Below are positions 15,790 through 25,284 of a DNA stretch of 64,000 nt, piece after piece. This stretch comes from Candidatus Woesearchaeota archaeon. GTDB taxonomy: Archaea > Nanobdellota > Nanobdellia > Pacearchaeales > GW2011-AR1. Positions within the stretch are counted from its first letter, which is position 1. Every line of letters begins with the position of its first letter. The notes under the pieces were generated by a model. That model was given only the letters and a program-made list of their open reading frames with translations. It had not been told where the DNA came from and did not search any database. The stretch covers positions 20,880-84,879 of the forward strand of contig CAYPFA010000003.1 of assembly GCA_964410025.1 (NCBI GenBank), in the 5' to 3' direction. Position numbers and translations under genes: made by a program.

Positions 15790-17200
15790 TGTCAATTTCC
15801 TCCGAGGCATTTAATCTTTGAAGTATTTGGCTTTTTAAAAGTCCTCTGTTAATCACGCATCTAGCATTATTTGTTGAGTCTAGAATTTTTCCTGATTGCT
15901 CCAATACCTTGGCCGGGCAGTCGCCTGCACAGTTATATTTTGCAAAACAATCTTCACAAAATTCCATATTTGTTACTTTTCTGTTTCGGAGATTTTCTAT
16001 GTTTTCTAAGTTGAAATCTATTTTGCCGGTCGTCTCATTGTATTGCCCAATCTTAAATGAATTAAAAATTGGGCTCTCTTCCCTACAAGCCTCAAGACAA
16101 GTAGTTACAAATCCCGTCGGAGTAATGAAAAAATTTCCACCGCATGCACCGCAAAATGTTTCACTGATCTTGTCTATCGAACCGCCTGAATAATAAAATG
16201 AAACTCCTAAATCTTTTGCTCTTTTTTCAGCAATAAGCATTTGTTCTAGAAAAACACCTGGGTCCGGTGCTTTGGCTCCAGTTGTTTGACATCGTCCGCA
16301 TTCAAATAAAGGTTCTAGATGAAAACTTTTGTTCCGAGATATTGAAGAGAAAAATTCTAAAATTTCTGGAATTCTCTTTACGCTATAGTCCGTTATTGTT
16401 GCCCGCATCCCATAGTTATAACTTTTTCCATCTTTTGCTTTGGCTTGATCAAGGTATTTAATTGTCCTAACTACATCATTGAAAGAACCCTGTCCGCCTT
16501 TTTTCGGTCTTTGCCTATTTTGAATATCTTCCGGTCCGTCTATGGAAATATTAATCCTATCAAAATTTTCTACTGCCCACTGCATTGTTTCTAAAGAATG
16601 AACTCCATTTGTTACTACATCTGCACGACTTTTAAGTCCAGCAGCAGATGACGTTTCTTTTAAATACGCAAGCGCATAGTTAATGAGTGGCAAATTACTA
16701 GACAATAAAGGTTCGCCTCCGCCATGAAAACCCACGTTAACATTATCCGATTTTTTTTTAAGTGCATTTTCGACAATAAAATCTATAGATGCCTTTGCTA
16801 TCTCTGGTTTTATAACTTGAGACAGATCGCCTGCACAAGCATAGCAATACTCACAATTAAGATTGCATCCAAATGTCGGTAGAAGCGTAACAGATGTAGG
16901 ACTATAATGTGTCTCATGGCAAGATGAGCAGGAGGATGATTTATTTTGTCCTTCCGGAACTAAAATTCTTGTCTTGAATAAATGTTCTGCCAATACAGGA
17001 TCTATTTCATATGGATTTGCCCCTTGTTGTATCTTGAAAAAAAAGTTTTCAACTCCTGGCGTAACCTCTACGACCGAGCCAGCAAGAGGAGCATAAAGAA
17101 TAGTTCTGTTTTCAACCGGAATCTTAAATAATTCGGAAGTTATTCTAAGCTTATCTTGGTCTGTTGCCATGAGTCTGATACTACTTTGGAGTTTCGTCAC
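15770..17200 (-). CDS. Radical SAM enzyme with C-terminal SPASM-like Cys-rich domain and ~100-aa N-terminal extension (putative RiPP maturase)
   Basis: CxxxCxxC at ~residue 112 (TFGCNLNCEYCYA). GGGEPLL motif. C-terminal CGACGGNFFITPTGFVTTCLEAC...CEDCFAKYNCAGDCPA auxiliary-cluster cysteines. Confidence 0.8.
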   Translation of the reverse strand: MTKLQSSIRLMATDQDKLRITSELFKIPVENRTILYAPLAGSVVEVTPGVENFFFKIQQGANPYEIDPVLAEHLFKTRILVPEGQNKSSSCSSCHETHYSPTSVTLLPTFGCNLNCEYCYACAGDLSQVIKPEIAKASIDFIVENALKKKSDNVNVGFHGGGEPLLSSNLPLINYALAYLKETSSAAGLKSRADVVTNGVHSLETMQWAVENFDRINISIDGPEDIQNRQRPKKGGQGSFNDVVRTIKYLDQAKAKDGKSYNYGMRATITDYSVKRIPEILEFFSSISRNKSFHLEPLFECGRCQTTGAKAPDPGVFLEQMLIAEKRAKDLGVSFYYSGGSIDKISETFCGACGGNFFITPTGFVTTCLEACREESPIFNSFKIGQYNETTGKIDFNLENIENLRNRKVTNMEFCEDCFAKYNCAGDCPAKVLEQSGKILDSTNNARCVINRGLLKSQILQRLNASEEIDNAKTKR

Positions 17201-17304
17201 TATTTAAAGTTTTCTTTGCGTATTTTTGAAAAAGAAAAATTTATCTTAAAAACATCCAGATGTTCGTTAACAAACTTTAAAAACAACATTAACATTTAAT
17301 TTTT

Positions 17305-18876
17305 ATGGCAGATATAAGGGCGGTGATAGCGGCAGTCGTGCCAGATCGCTATTCTGCGATAGATCCAGATCAAATAAAGAAAATAATTCATTCAAATGGG
17401 ATTGCTAAGGCAATAGAGAAAATCGAGAATAAATCCGAGGGTAAACCCAAAATAAAACCCCTTTCTTCTTATAGTCTTATTTACGACTCTCCACAAAATC
17501 AGCTCGAACCAGTATACTATTGGATTTTAGATTTTATGGAAAATTTGCCCGGCGTTAAGGTAGATAAAGTTGCAGATAATTTTATGGCCTCTCCGGGAAG
17601 CGGACAATTTTCAGAAATGGGCGCGAAGGCAACAGCGATGCAGCAACAGGCAACAAAACTTCTTGCTGATACGAATACTTTAGTAAAGACAATTCTAAAT
17701 CTAGTTTATGATTTAAAAGAATTTGAAATGAGACTTGAGCAATATAAGAGAGCAAATTCCAAGGATAAAAAAGAACAAGAAGAAGGAATGCTTGCATTAA
17801 AAAATATTTGGTTGGATCAAGTAGATTTGAAGAGAGGAAGGGGAAGTATTCATCAAATGTCTGCAGAAATGGGATACACTACTTTACGAGAAGCATTTTT
17901 AGTTGCCAATGATGTTGAAAGTTTAAAGAAAATGGCCGGTCCGGATGGAGTCATAAATGATTCGGTGCTTAGAGTGTTAATTCCGAGAATGGGTGAATTT
18001 TTAATTTGGAAAGATATGTCAGAAAAAGAATTAACAAAAAGATTTGAAATAGAAAAATCTTATTTAAAGTCTGAAGTCGAAAATTTAAAAATGTATACAA
18101 AATGGGCTCGTCCATATTTAAAAGCTGCAGAAGAATTAAGAATGAAGGGTTTTGAAAACCACGCAGCATTAGTAAGTGCTTTTTCTACTTCAATGTTTGA
18201 GCTTACCCTAATGGGAACAAGCAAGGCAAAAATGCAGCCAGTTTATGAAAAGGCCGGTTATAAATTAAAAAGAGATTATTCTGCAGTTCTTATCGTTTCT
18301 CTTAAATATAGAGGGCATCTCGGACAAAAGGCGGGACAGGGAGGACAGAGTGGTTACACATACTCTTTTGGCGGAAGATTTGATATAACATTTGATTGCT
18401 ATGCATTAAATTCTGAAGAAATGGCTTTAGTAAAAAAAACCATGGAAGATGCTGATATTGGAGACGGCATTACTCTTGTTGAAAGAAATACGGGTGTTGC
18501 TTTAGAACAACTCAAGGAAGATATAGATCGTTTCACGGGCGATAAAGAAAAGAAAAAAGAAGAAGAAAAAGCGAAAAAAGAAGATGACATAAATCCGTTC
18601 AGCGCCATATTTAATCTTTCAACGTTTTCATTCGGAGGGAAAAAAGAAGACAAAAAAGAAATTAAGTCTCCCAAGGATATAGAAAAAGATAATTTTGTAG
18701 AAAAAATAGTTAGAAAAGATGCAGCAGATAAAGCCAATACTTTTTTGTATTTAGTATATGATATTTATAAGAAAGCTCATGCAATGGCTTCCTCTCCAGA
18801 GAATTTTGACAACGGTAAAGTTGAAAAATCTGAAAAGGATATGGCAGGATTATTTAAAGAAACATTTTTGAATTAG
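17305..18876 (+). CDS. Large hypothetical protein, K/E-rich C-terminal third
   Basis: 523-aa ORF. No recognisable catalytic motif. Divergent from the rSAM gene. Confidence 0.4.
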   Translation: MADIRAVIAAVVPDRYSAIDPDQIKKIIHSNGIAKAIEKIENKSEGKPKIKPLSSYSLIYDSPQNQLEPVYYWILDFMENLPGVKVDKVADNFMASPGSGQFSEMGAKATAMQQQATKLLADTNTLVKTILNLVYDLKEFEMRLEQYKRANSKDKKEQEEGMLALKNIWLDQVDLKRGRGSIHQMSAEMGYTTLREAFLVANDVESLKKMAGPDGVINDSVLRVLIPRMGEFLIWKDMSEKELTKRFEIEKSYLKSEVENLKMYTKWARPYLKAAEELRMKGFENHAALVSAFSTSMFELTLMGTSKAKMQPVYEKAGYKLKRDYSAVLIVSLKYRGHLGQKAGQGGQSGYTYSFGGRFDITFDCYALNSEEMALVKKTMEDADIGDGITLVERNTGVALEQLKEDIDRFTGDKEKKKEEEKAKKEDDINPFSAIFNLSTFSFGGKKEDKKEIKSPKDIEKDNFVEKIVRKDAADKANTFLYLVYDIYKKAHAMASSPENFDNGKVEKSEKDMAGLFKETFLN

Positions 18877-18916
18877 CAACCGCTAAATAATTAAACTCTT
18901 CTAAATTGATTTATTT

Positions 18917-19537
18917 ATGGTTGAAGTAAAAATAAAAAAAAATTTAGATGACGAAGTTAAAAGTCTTGAGAAAAAATTAAACGAGCTTATTAAAAAAAAT
19001 TCCCCACAAAAAGAAAAAGATAATTCTGAAAAAAAATTAGATAAAAAAGAAGATTTGAAAAAAGAAACTATAGAAAATGAGTTGCCAGTAGAAGAAAATA
19101 ATTCCAGAGATTTTACATCTTCTTCATTAATGACATCGCAAAACATTTCTTTAGGTCCGGAAGGTTTAGGTTTTGCAAATTCCAGAGCAGGTTTACAGAA
19201 TACTCAAAATCTTGAAAAGAATCTTCAGTTCGTGGAAACAGCATCGGGAGAAAAAAAGCAAGAGGCGCTTTACAGTGAGGCAAGAAATAGCTATGAATCA
19301 TCCGATAACAATAGAAAATTAGTGCAGAATGTGCCAGACAATAATCCTCTTACAAGATCAATAGTAACATCAAACTCTTCTGGTCAGATGCGAGGATCTC
19401 GTGTAGTCGAAAATTCTTCCGGAGATTCTGAAGATAATCTTGAAGGCACAACAAAATATGCACCAGTTCAAATCAGCACAACAAACACTCTGCCGTGGGA
19501 AAGGCCTTCGGATAGGTTCAAAAAATACACAGGATAA
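18917..19537 (+). CDS. Hypothetical low-complexity (K/E/S/N-rich) protein
   Basis: 206-aa ORF, predicted disordered and coiled-coil-like. Confidence 0.3.
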   Translation: MVEVKIKKNLDDEVKSLEKKLNELIKKNSPQKEKDNSEKKLDKKEDLKKETIENELPVEENNSRDFTSSSLMTSQNISLGPEGLGFANSRAGLQNTQNLEKNLQFVETASGEKKQEALYSEARNSYESSDNNRKLVQNVPDNNPLTRSIVTSNSSGQMRGSRVVENSSGDSEDNLEGTTKYAPVQISTTNTLPWERPSDRFKKYTG

Positions 19538-19567
19538 CTTTAAATATATCCTCGCCGTTAATTATTT

Positions 19568-21460
19568 ATGGGTGATACTAGTTACGAAAATTTTTATGGC
19601 GGAGGAATCTCTAGTTTTGATTCCAATTATTCTTCAGGTGGAGCTTTTCTGGGAAATCATGATTATAAAATGTCAAATAATCTAGGATTTCCAGGCTCTG
19701 CTCAAACAGCAAATCAGCTCAAGGAAACCGTTAATGCAATCAAGCAGGGTGTGAAAGCATTCGAGGTTACAATGGTTAGTCCAGAAACTGCCGATCAAAT
19801 TCCCATACAAAATTTTGATGAAATGCGTGCGTTAATGAAATTAACTGGAGTCAAGCCATCCGTTCACGCGCCAATTATAGATCCATCGGGTTTCGAACAA
19901 CGAGCAGGATATAGCGAGGAGCATAGAAAAGAGGCTGAAAGAAAATTATTTGACACGCTAAAAAAAGCAAGCATGTTAGATAGGGAAAATAATGTTCCAG
20001 TCGTAATTCACTCGACAGCCAATGTTCAGGGCGCAGAATATCGTCCAGGAGACGAGTCAAAAGGAGAATCGAGATGGAATAGAGTTTCACTAGGTGTATT
20101 TAATAAACAGAGTAAACAAATCGCCGGAGTAATTCCAGAAGAAAGAGAATACGCTTTAGATATGAGTGCAAAAGATTATGCTAATGGCGGTAAACTAACG
20201 AAAGCAGAAGACATGATTGCAAAAGAAAATAAAAGCAGTTGGATAAAAGAAAAAGAGCACATAAATTATTACACACGTATAATGGATCAAGAGGTTGAAA
20301 GTTTTAATAGACAAGGGCTGGATAAGACTGGAGATATAGAAGATAAAGAAATACAAAAAAGTTTTTTAAGCAATATTAATCGTGCTCAGGGTCTCGTTGA
20401 AACGAATCAAGAACAGGTTAATCAGCTCTGGAATAAGCTCGGAAAATTTGGTACAGATGAACAAAGAGGAGAGCTAAAGAAAATTTCAGAAAAGTATGCG
20501 GATGATGTAAAAAAGTTTGATGAGAAAAAGAAGGAAGCAATTGATGATGAAGCCAAAAAAAGATTGATTGTTGAAAAGGCTCAATTTATAAATAGCGTCT
20601 ATGAAGATCTAAACAACATAACTAGCGGCTACTCCCCTCATGATAAAAATAAACTAGAAACTAAAGAGTCTGAAGAAAAATGGGGAGCTCCCAAGATACT
20701 TGTAAACGCAGAAGAATTTGCAAAGGAAAAGGCAGCTGAGACTTTGGGCGCAGTTGCATGGAGAGGATATAAAGAACTTGGAGGAGAAAAGGCTCCGATG
20801 ATTGCGGTAGAAAATATGTATTCAGGCATGGCTTTCTCGAGGGCAGAAGACATGGAGGGATTGATAAAGAATTCAAGAAAAAAATTTGTTGAGAATGCGA
20901 AAAAAAATGGTATGGATGAAAGAGATGCTAGTGCAGCAGCAGAAAAATTAATAGGAGTTACTTGGGACGTTGGACATCTTAATTTATTTAAAAAATCTGG
21001 ATTTACGGATAAGGATGTAATTGGTGAAACGGCAAAAATTGCGCCTTTAGTTAAACATGTTCATCTAACTGATAATTTTGGCTATTCAGATTCTCATCTC
21101 GCTCCCGGAATGGGAAATGTGCCATTTAAAGAAATTCTTAAAGAACTCGAGAGAACTGGAAAACTAGGCGATATGAGAAAGATTGTTGAGGCACCAGGTT
21201 TCTTCCAACATTTTCAAAAATCTCCTCACTCATGGACCATGGCGGCGCTAGGAAGCCCAATCTACGGCGGAATGATGGGTCCCTATTGGAATCAGGCATC
21301 GGGAGTTTCAAGTGGCGGCGGATATATGGGCGGACCTATGGCTTATCTTCCAGAGAAACATTTTTCAACCTACGGAAGCGGATTTTCATCCTTGCCAGCA
21401 GAACTGGGCGGACAACTTCCAGGGACACAATCGAGATTTAGTGGGACGCCGAATACTTAG
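19568..21460 (+). CDS. Xylose-isomerase-like TIM-barrel (sugar phosphate isomerase/epimerase/AP-endonuclease-2 fold) protein with a long K/E-rich insertion
   Basis: C-terminal VKHVHLTDNFGYSDSHLAPGMGNVPFKEILKELERTGKLGDMRKIVEAPGF matches the PF01261-type H-x-H-l-D...H-l-G-G-idf...GY-G...E pattern. N-terminal barrel-like start (FEVTMVSP...PSVHAPIIDPS). The middle ~200 aa is charged. Confidence 0.45.
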   Translation: MGDTSYENFYGGGISSFDSNYSSGGAFLGNHDYKMSNNLGFPGSAQTANQLKETVNAIKQGVKAFEVTMVSPETADQIPIQNFDEMRALMKLTGVKPSVHAPIIDPSGFEQRAGYSEEHRKEAERKLFDTLKKASMLDRENNVPVVIHSTANVQGAEYRPGDESKGESRWNRVSLGVFNKQSKQIAGVIPEEREYALDMSAKDYANGGKLTKAEDMIAKENKSSWIKEKEHINYYTRIMDQEVESFNRQGLDKTGDIEDKEIQKSFLSNINRAQGLVETNQEQVNQLWNKLGKFGTDEQRGELKKISEKYADDVKKFDEKKKEAIDDEAKKRLIVEKAQFINSVYEDLNNITSGYSPHDKNKLETKESEEKWGAPKILVNAEEFAKEKAAETLGAVAWRGYKELGGEKAPMIAVENMYSGMAFSRAEDMEGLIKNSRKKFVENAKKNGMDERDASAAAEKLIGVTWDVGHLNLFKKSGFTDKDVIGETAKIAPLVKHVHLTDNFGYSDSHLAPGMGNVPFKEILKELERTGKLGDMRKIVEAPGFFQHFQKSPHSWTMAALGSPIYGGMMGPYWNQASGVSSGGGYMGGPMAYLPEKHFSTYGSGFSSLPAELGGQLPGTQSRFSGTPNT

Positions 21461-21615
21461 CTCGAACACAATATTTAATTTATTGGAGAGCTGAGGATGA
21501 GTAGAATAATTAGGTTTTGATAATCATAGTCGCTAAAATTTAAAAATCACAAAGACTGAGGATAAAATAAATCCTAACATTTATAAAACGCAAAAACATA
21601 GAATATAAAAGAGAG

Positions 21616-22479
21616 ATGGTTGATAAAAAAAAGAAATCTGTTCACGTAAAGAATGTAGATGAAATCCCAAAATCTAATTCTCAAAATGTTCCCACAATGC
21701 TTATCGCTACTGAAAGAGAAATTGCTTTAGATTTTGCAACAAAAGTTTACAATCAGTTTGAGCAAACGGTTAAGGCAATCGTTTATTTCGGAAGTTCAGC
21801 TAAAAATGAATCTAAAAAAGAATCAGATATTGATTTAATAATAATCATCGACGACGTAACAATTATTTGGGACGAAGAATTAATAGCAACCTACAGAGAA
21901 GAGTTGGGTAAAATAATTCAAAGAAATCCTTATATTAAATCTCTTCATATAAACACAGTCAAGCTTTCTACCTGGTGGCAAGATCTTATGCGTGGCGATC
22001 CAGTTGTTATAAATGTTTTACGATATGGCGAAGCATTAATAGATCACGGAGGTTTTTTTAATCCGCAAAAAGCATTATTGCAACAAGGGAAAATTCGTTC
22101 AACGCCAGAAGCAGTTTATAGTTTATTGCAAAGAGTTCCAAATCATTTAGCAAGAGCACGATCTTCAATACTCGGTGCCATCGACGGATTTTACTGGGCC
22201 TGTGTTGATTCCGCTCATGCTGCATTAATTTCAGCAAATATTTTACCGCCATCTCCAGAACATGTTGCTGAGATAATGGAAGAAAATTTTGTTAAAAAGA
22301 AATTAACTAATCAAAAATTTGTGGATTTTTATACTGAAGTTCATTCTCTTATGAAAGAAATTACGCACGGTAAAGTTACATCCATCTCGGGAAAAAAGTT
22401 AGATGAAATAAGAGATAACACAGATGCCTTCGTCGGAGAAATGTCAAAAATTTCAGAATTGCTAATTAAAAGTCAATAA
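21616..22479 (+). CDS. Pol-beta superfamily nucleotidyltransferase domain protein
   Basis: IVYFGSSAKNESKKESDIDLIIIIDD matches the GS-x9-13-D-x-D nucleotidyltransferase motif. Confidence 0.45.
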   Translation: MVDKKKKSVHVKNVDEIPKSNSQNVPTMLIATEREIALDFATKVYNQFEQTVKAIVYFGSSAKNESKKESDIDLIIIIDDVTIIWDEELIATYREELGKIIQRNPYIKSLHINTVKLSTWWQDLMRGDPVVINVLRYGEALIDHGGFFNPQKALLQQGKIRSTPEAVYSLLQRVPNHLARARSSILGAIDGFYWACVDSAHAALISANILPPSPEHVAEIMEENFVKKKLTNQKFVDFYTEVHSLMKEITHGKVTSISGKKLDEIRDNTDAFVGEMSKISELLIKSQ

Positions 22480-22486
22480 AATTTGT

Positions 22487-22837
22487 CTAGAATATAGCCA
22501 ATCTATTCGGAGTTTCTTGATGTTTATCATAAACAATTTGAGCATCGCCCCATCCGCAATTTCCACAGAAAGGCGTATTTTTATTAACACAACATGATTT
22601 TTTTATTCTTGGACTAAATCCTAAATATTTTGCATTTTTTTCAAAAGATCCATCACCAGTTCCTCTGGAATATGTAATATATGCTCGATCTCGTTCGTGA
22701 CCATCACAACTAAAAATAGTATCATATCCGTGATTCATTAATTGATTAACAATATATCTCATACCTAAATCAATCTTTTTGTCATCAAAAAATTCTAAAG
22801 GAATTTTACCAGGAATTATAATTAAAGGTTCTTTCAT
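22487..22837 (-). CDS. Hypothetical Cys-containing protein (start moved to MKEPLIIIPG)
   Basis: The ORF caller start lies inside the upstream gene. An ATG right after the upstream stop gives a ~116-aa product. Confidence 0.3.
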   Translation of the reverse strand: MKEPLIIIPGKIPLEFFDDKKIDLGMRYIVNQLMNHGYDTIFSCDGHERDRAYITYSRGTGDGSFEKNAKYLGFSPRIKKSCCVNKNTPFCGNCGWGDAQIVYDKHQETPNRLAIF

Positions 22838-22838
22838 T

Positions 22839-23810
22839 TTAAGCAGCTTTCTTTTCTTTAGCCTTTTCTTCAGCTGCCTTTTTAGCCTTCTCTTCTTCAA
22901 TTGCTTGAGCGGCTCCCTGCATTATTCCAAAAGTTAGTTGCTTAACAGCTTCTCTTGCAGATATATTATCTTTATATTTTTCATTAAGCTCTTTTTCTGC
23001 TTTTTCAAATGTCTTCATTGCTTCTACCTTTGCCTTTGCATTATCCCCCATTTCAATTTCAAGCTCAAGATCATTAACTTTTTTTTCTGCTGCCTTTTCT
23101 TCATCAGATATTTTCTCAAGTCCTTTTGCTATTGCGAAATTTTGATTCAAATAATTTTTATATCCATATTTGTCAATAGTCTTTTGTGCAATGATTTGAG
23201 AAATATGACTATCAGCTTTAAGTAATTCTTCTTTACCTTGTAATAAGAATTTGTAATACGCACTCTTTTTATCAACCTTTAATTTTTCTATTCTTTCATT
23301 AAAATATTTCTCAGGATCTTCCTTAATTCTTCTTGCTGTTTCCTGATATTTTGAAATTTTCTCTACAACTTTATTGTATTTGTCTTCCTTTTCTTTTCTT
23401 TTTGCTTCTTCGTCTGGATTATCGCTTGCCTTTCCCTTTTGTTTTAATGCGGGAGTACTAATTGCAGCCACAATTCCATCTTTCTCAGAAAGAAGGGAAC
23501 TTAAATCTTTAAAATTTTTTTGCGTAAATTCGCCAAGACGTCCAGCTTCATTTCCAACCATTCTCTCTAAGTTTTGACGAGCATAATCTCTATCTAATGA
23601 TGCCGCAGAAGGATCTATATTTAAATATGATTGAAGGGAGTCAGAACTTTCCAATTTTGATTCTCTTAATTTTTGCAATTCAGAAAAATATCCAACTCTT
23701 CCAGAGAAATAATCTTTGCTAAATTTCTCACTAGCATTAGTTTCAGAATATGTGATGGGTTTAGCTTTTTCGTCTGCCATATTAGCTCCTTTTGATAAAT
23801 ATACAAGCAC
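22839..23810 (-). CDS. Hypothetical K/E-rich coiled-coil protein
   Basis: 323-aa ORF with long charged heptad-like stretches. Confidence 0.4.
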   Translation of the reverse strand: MLVYLSKGANMADEKAKPITYSETNASEKFSKDYFSGRVGYFSELQKLRESKLESSDSLQSYLNIDPSAASLDRDYARQNLERMVGNEAGRLGEFTQKNFKDLSSLLSEKDGIVAAISTPALKQKGKASDNPDEEAKRKEKEDKYNKVVEKISKYQETARRIKEDPEKYFNERIEKLKVDKKSAYYKFLLQGKEELLKADSHISQIIAQKTIDKYGYKNYLNQNFAIAKGLEKISDEEKAAEKKVNDLELEIEMGDNAKAKVEAMKTFEKAEKELNEKYKDNISAREAVKQLTFGIMQGAAQAIEEEKAKKAAEEKAKEKKAA

Positions 23811-23909
23811 TAAATACTTTATAAATCTTTCGGTTGTTGTATCTTAGTAGGAGTAACAATAATAATCAGACATAAATCATATAATATAGTCAATTAAACA
23901 ATTATAATT

Positions 23910-24476
23910 TTATCTTTGAAGAACTTGTCTGAACGGAGTTGTATTTTTCTCGTGTTTTACCTGTTGAGTTTGTTTCTTAGCTTTTGCTTCTGTTTTATTT
24001 TCTGCAAATCCAGCTTCAGCAGTTGCTTCTTGCTTTTCTTTGTTTTCAATTTTGTCTTCTGCAGTTTCTTTCTTTTCAGATTCTTCAGTATGATCATTTG
24101 CTTTATCATGCTTAATATTTGTTTTTTGAACCGGAGCATTTCTTTTTGCATCTCTAGCCATCTTGAATTTTACAACTGCTGCAGGTTCTGCAAGAGTAAC
24201 ATAGACAATTCCGCCTTTTTTAACAGCTTTAACTTTTACCTTATGTATTGGATTTTTAATACCTCTATACCAAAGCTCTTCGTTAAGATACATATCAATC
24301 TTAACTTTTTTTAAGTCTCTTTCTTCAACATGCATATGTTTAGCAATAAATTGTTTTAATGCGATAACCGCTCTTCTTGCTTTCTTGTAACTTTTAGCCT
24401 TGTGAAATTCACTTCTAAGTGGAACGATATATTCTCTCTCAAGTTCAATTTTATCTTCGATTTTTGTTTCTACCAT
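23910..24476 (-). CDS. rpl31e: 50S ribosomal protein L31e with K/E-rich C-terminal extension
   Basis: EREYIVPLRSEFHKAKSYKKARRAVIALKQFIAKHM...KVKIDMYLNEELWYRGIKNPIHKVKVKA matches L31e. Confidence 0.8.
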   Translation of the reverse strand: MVETKIEDKIELEREYIVPLRSEFHKAKSYKKARRAVIALKQFIAKHMHVEERDLKKVKIDMYLNEELWYRGIKNPIHKVKVKAVKKGGIVYVTLAEPAAVVKFKMARDAKRNAPVQKTNIKHDKANDHTEESEKKETAEDKIENKEKQEATAEAGFAENKTEAKAKKQTQQVKHEKNTTPFRQVLQR

Positions 24477-24685
24477 TAGCCTAAAAAGCTCTTCTGCATT
24501 CTTCTTGGTTTAATTTTTAATTTTCTATGTCTCCAATTTCTTTTGACATGAGTTATAGCTGAAGGATGCGCTTTCTTACCCTTTCCTTTTGCCTTTAATA
24601 CAGCCCAAAACGGAGCCCACTTAGTTCTTTTGCCCCATACTTCTAAATGAAGCTTCTTACTCTTCTGATTGTGTTTCAATACCAT
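24476..24685 (-). CDS. rpl39e: 50S ribosomal protein L39e
   Basis: KKLHLEVWGKRTKWAPFWAVLK...HVKRNWRHRKLKI matches L39e. TAATG stop/start overlap with rpl31e. Confidence 0.7.
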   Translation of the reverse strand: MVLKHNQKSKKLHLEVWGKRTKWAPFWAVLKAKGKGKKAHPSAITHVKRNWRHRKLKIKPRRMQKSFLG

Positions 24686-25184
24686 TTTCTGTTATGTTCT
24701 CATTTAATTCTTGTTCGACAATAACTCTGTCTTTTCCAATATAATCTTCTAATTCTCTGATTGTTACGTCTGCAACCTTTATAGAATCCAAATAATCTCT
24801 TCCTTTTTGTGTTAATCTTCTACCAAATTGCTTGTCTTTGATTGTTTCCACTAAACCAGCTTTTTCACATTGCTGTAAAATTAATCTAATCATTTTTCCA
24901 GATGATTTCTTGAATCTTGCCGGTCTTACTCCTCTGTTTTTTCTTCCACCATATCTTGTTCTTAATCTTTCAACACCAACAACTCCGTTGATATATAATT
25001 GTCTAAGAATAGAAGCTGATCTTGTTTGCCAGAATGTAAAACTTTCAGGAACTCTTTGTTTTGAAACTCCAGTTTTTACATAAAATGCCCATTCGGGTGC
25101 TTTAATTTCTGGAATATTTTGTAATGCTTCAGCTAGTGCGACATTAAATGCTTGAGGATCTTTTGTAAATATTGTTCTTGCCAT
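24657..25184 (-). CDS. rps19e: 30S ribosomal protein S19e
   Basis: FWQTRSASILRQLYINGVVGVERLRTRYGGRKNRGVRPARFKKSSGKMIR matches S19e. Confidence 0.85.
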   Translation of the reverse strand: MARTIFTKDPQAFNVALAEALQNIPEIKAPEWAFYVKTGVSKQRVPESFTFWQTRSASILRQLYINGVVGVERLRTRYGGRKNRGVRPARFKKSSGKMIRLILQQCEKAGLVETIKDKQFGRRLTQKGRDYLDSIKVADVTIRELEDYIGKDRVIVEQELNENITENGIETQSEE

Positions 25185-25284
25185 GTTTTGTAATTGTGCC
25201 CTTCTTTCGAAGATAAATTGTCAACGTTCTTTCGAACGGAACTTTAACACATAATATTCTTAGTTTTTGGGTTTATAAAGGTTA

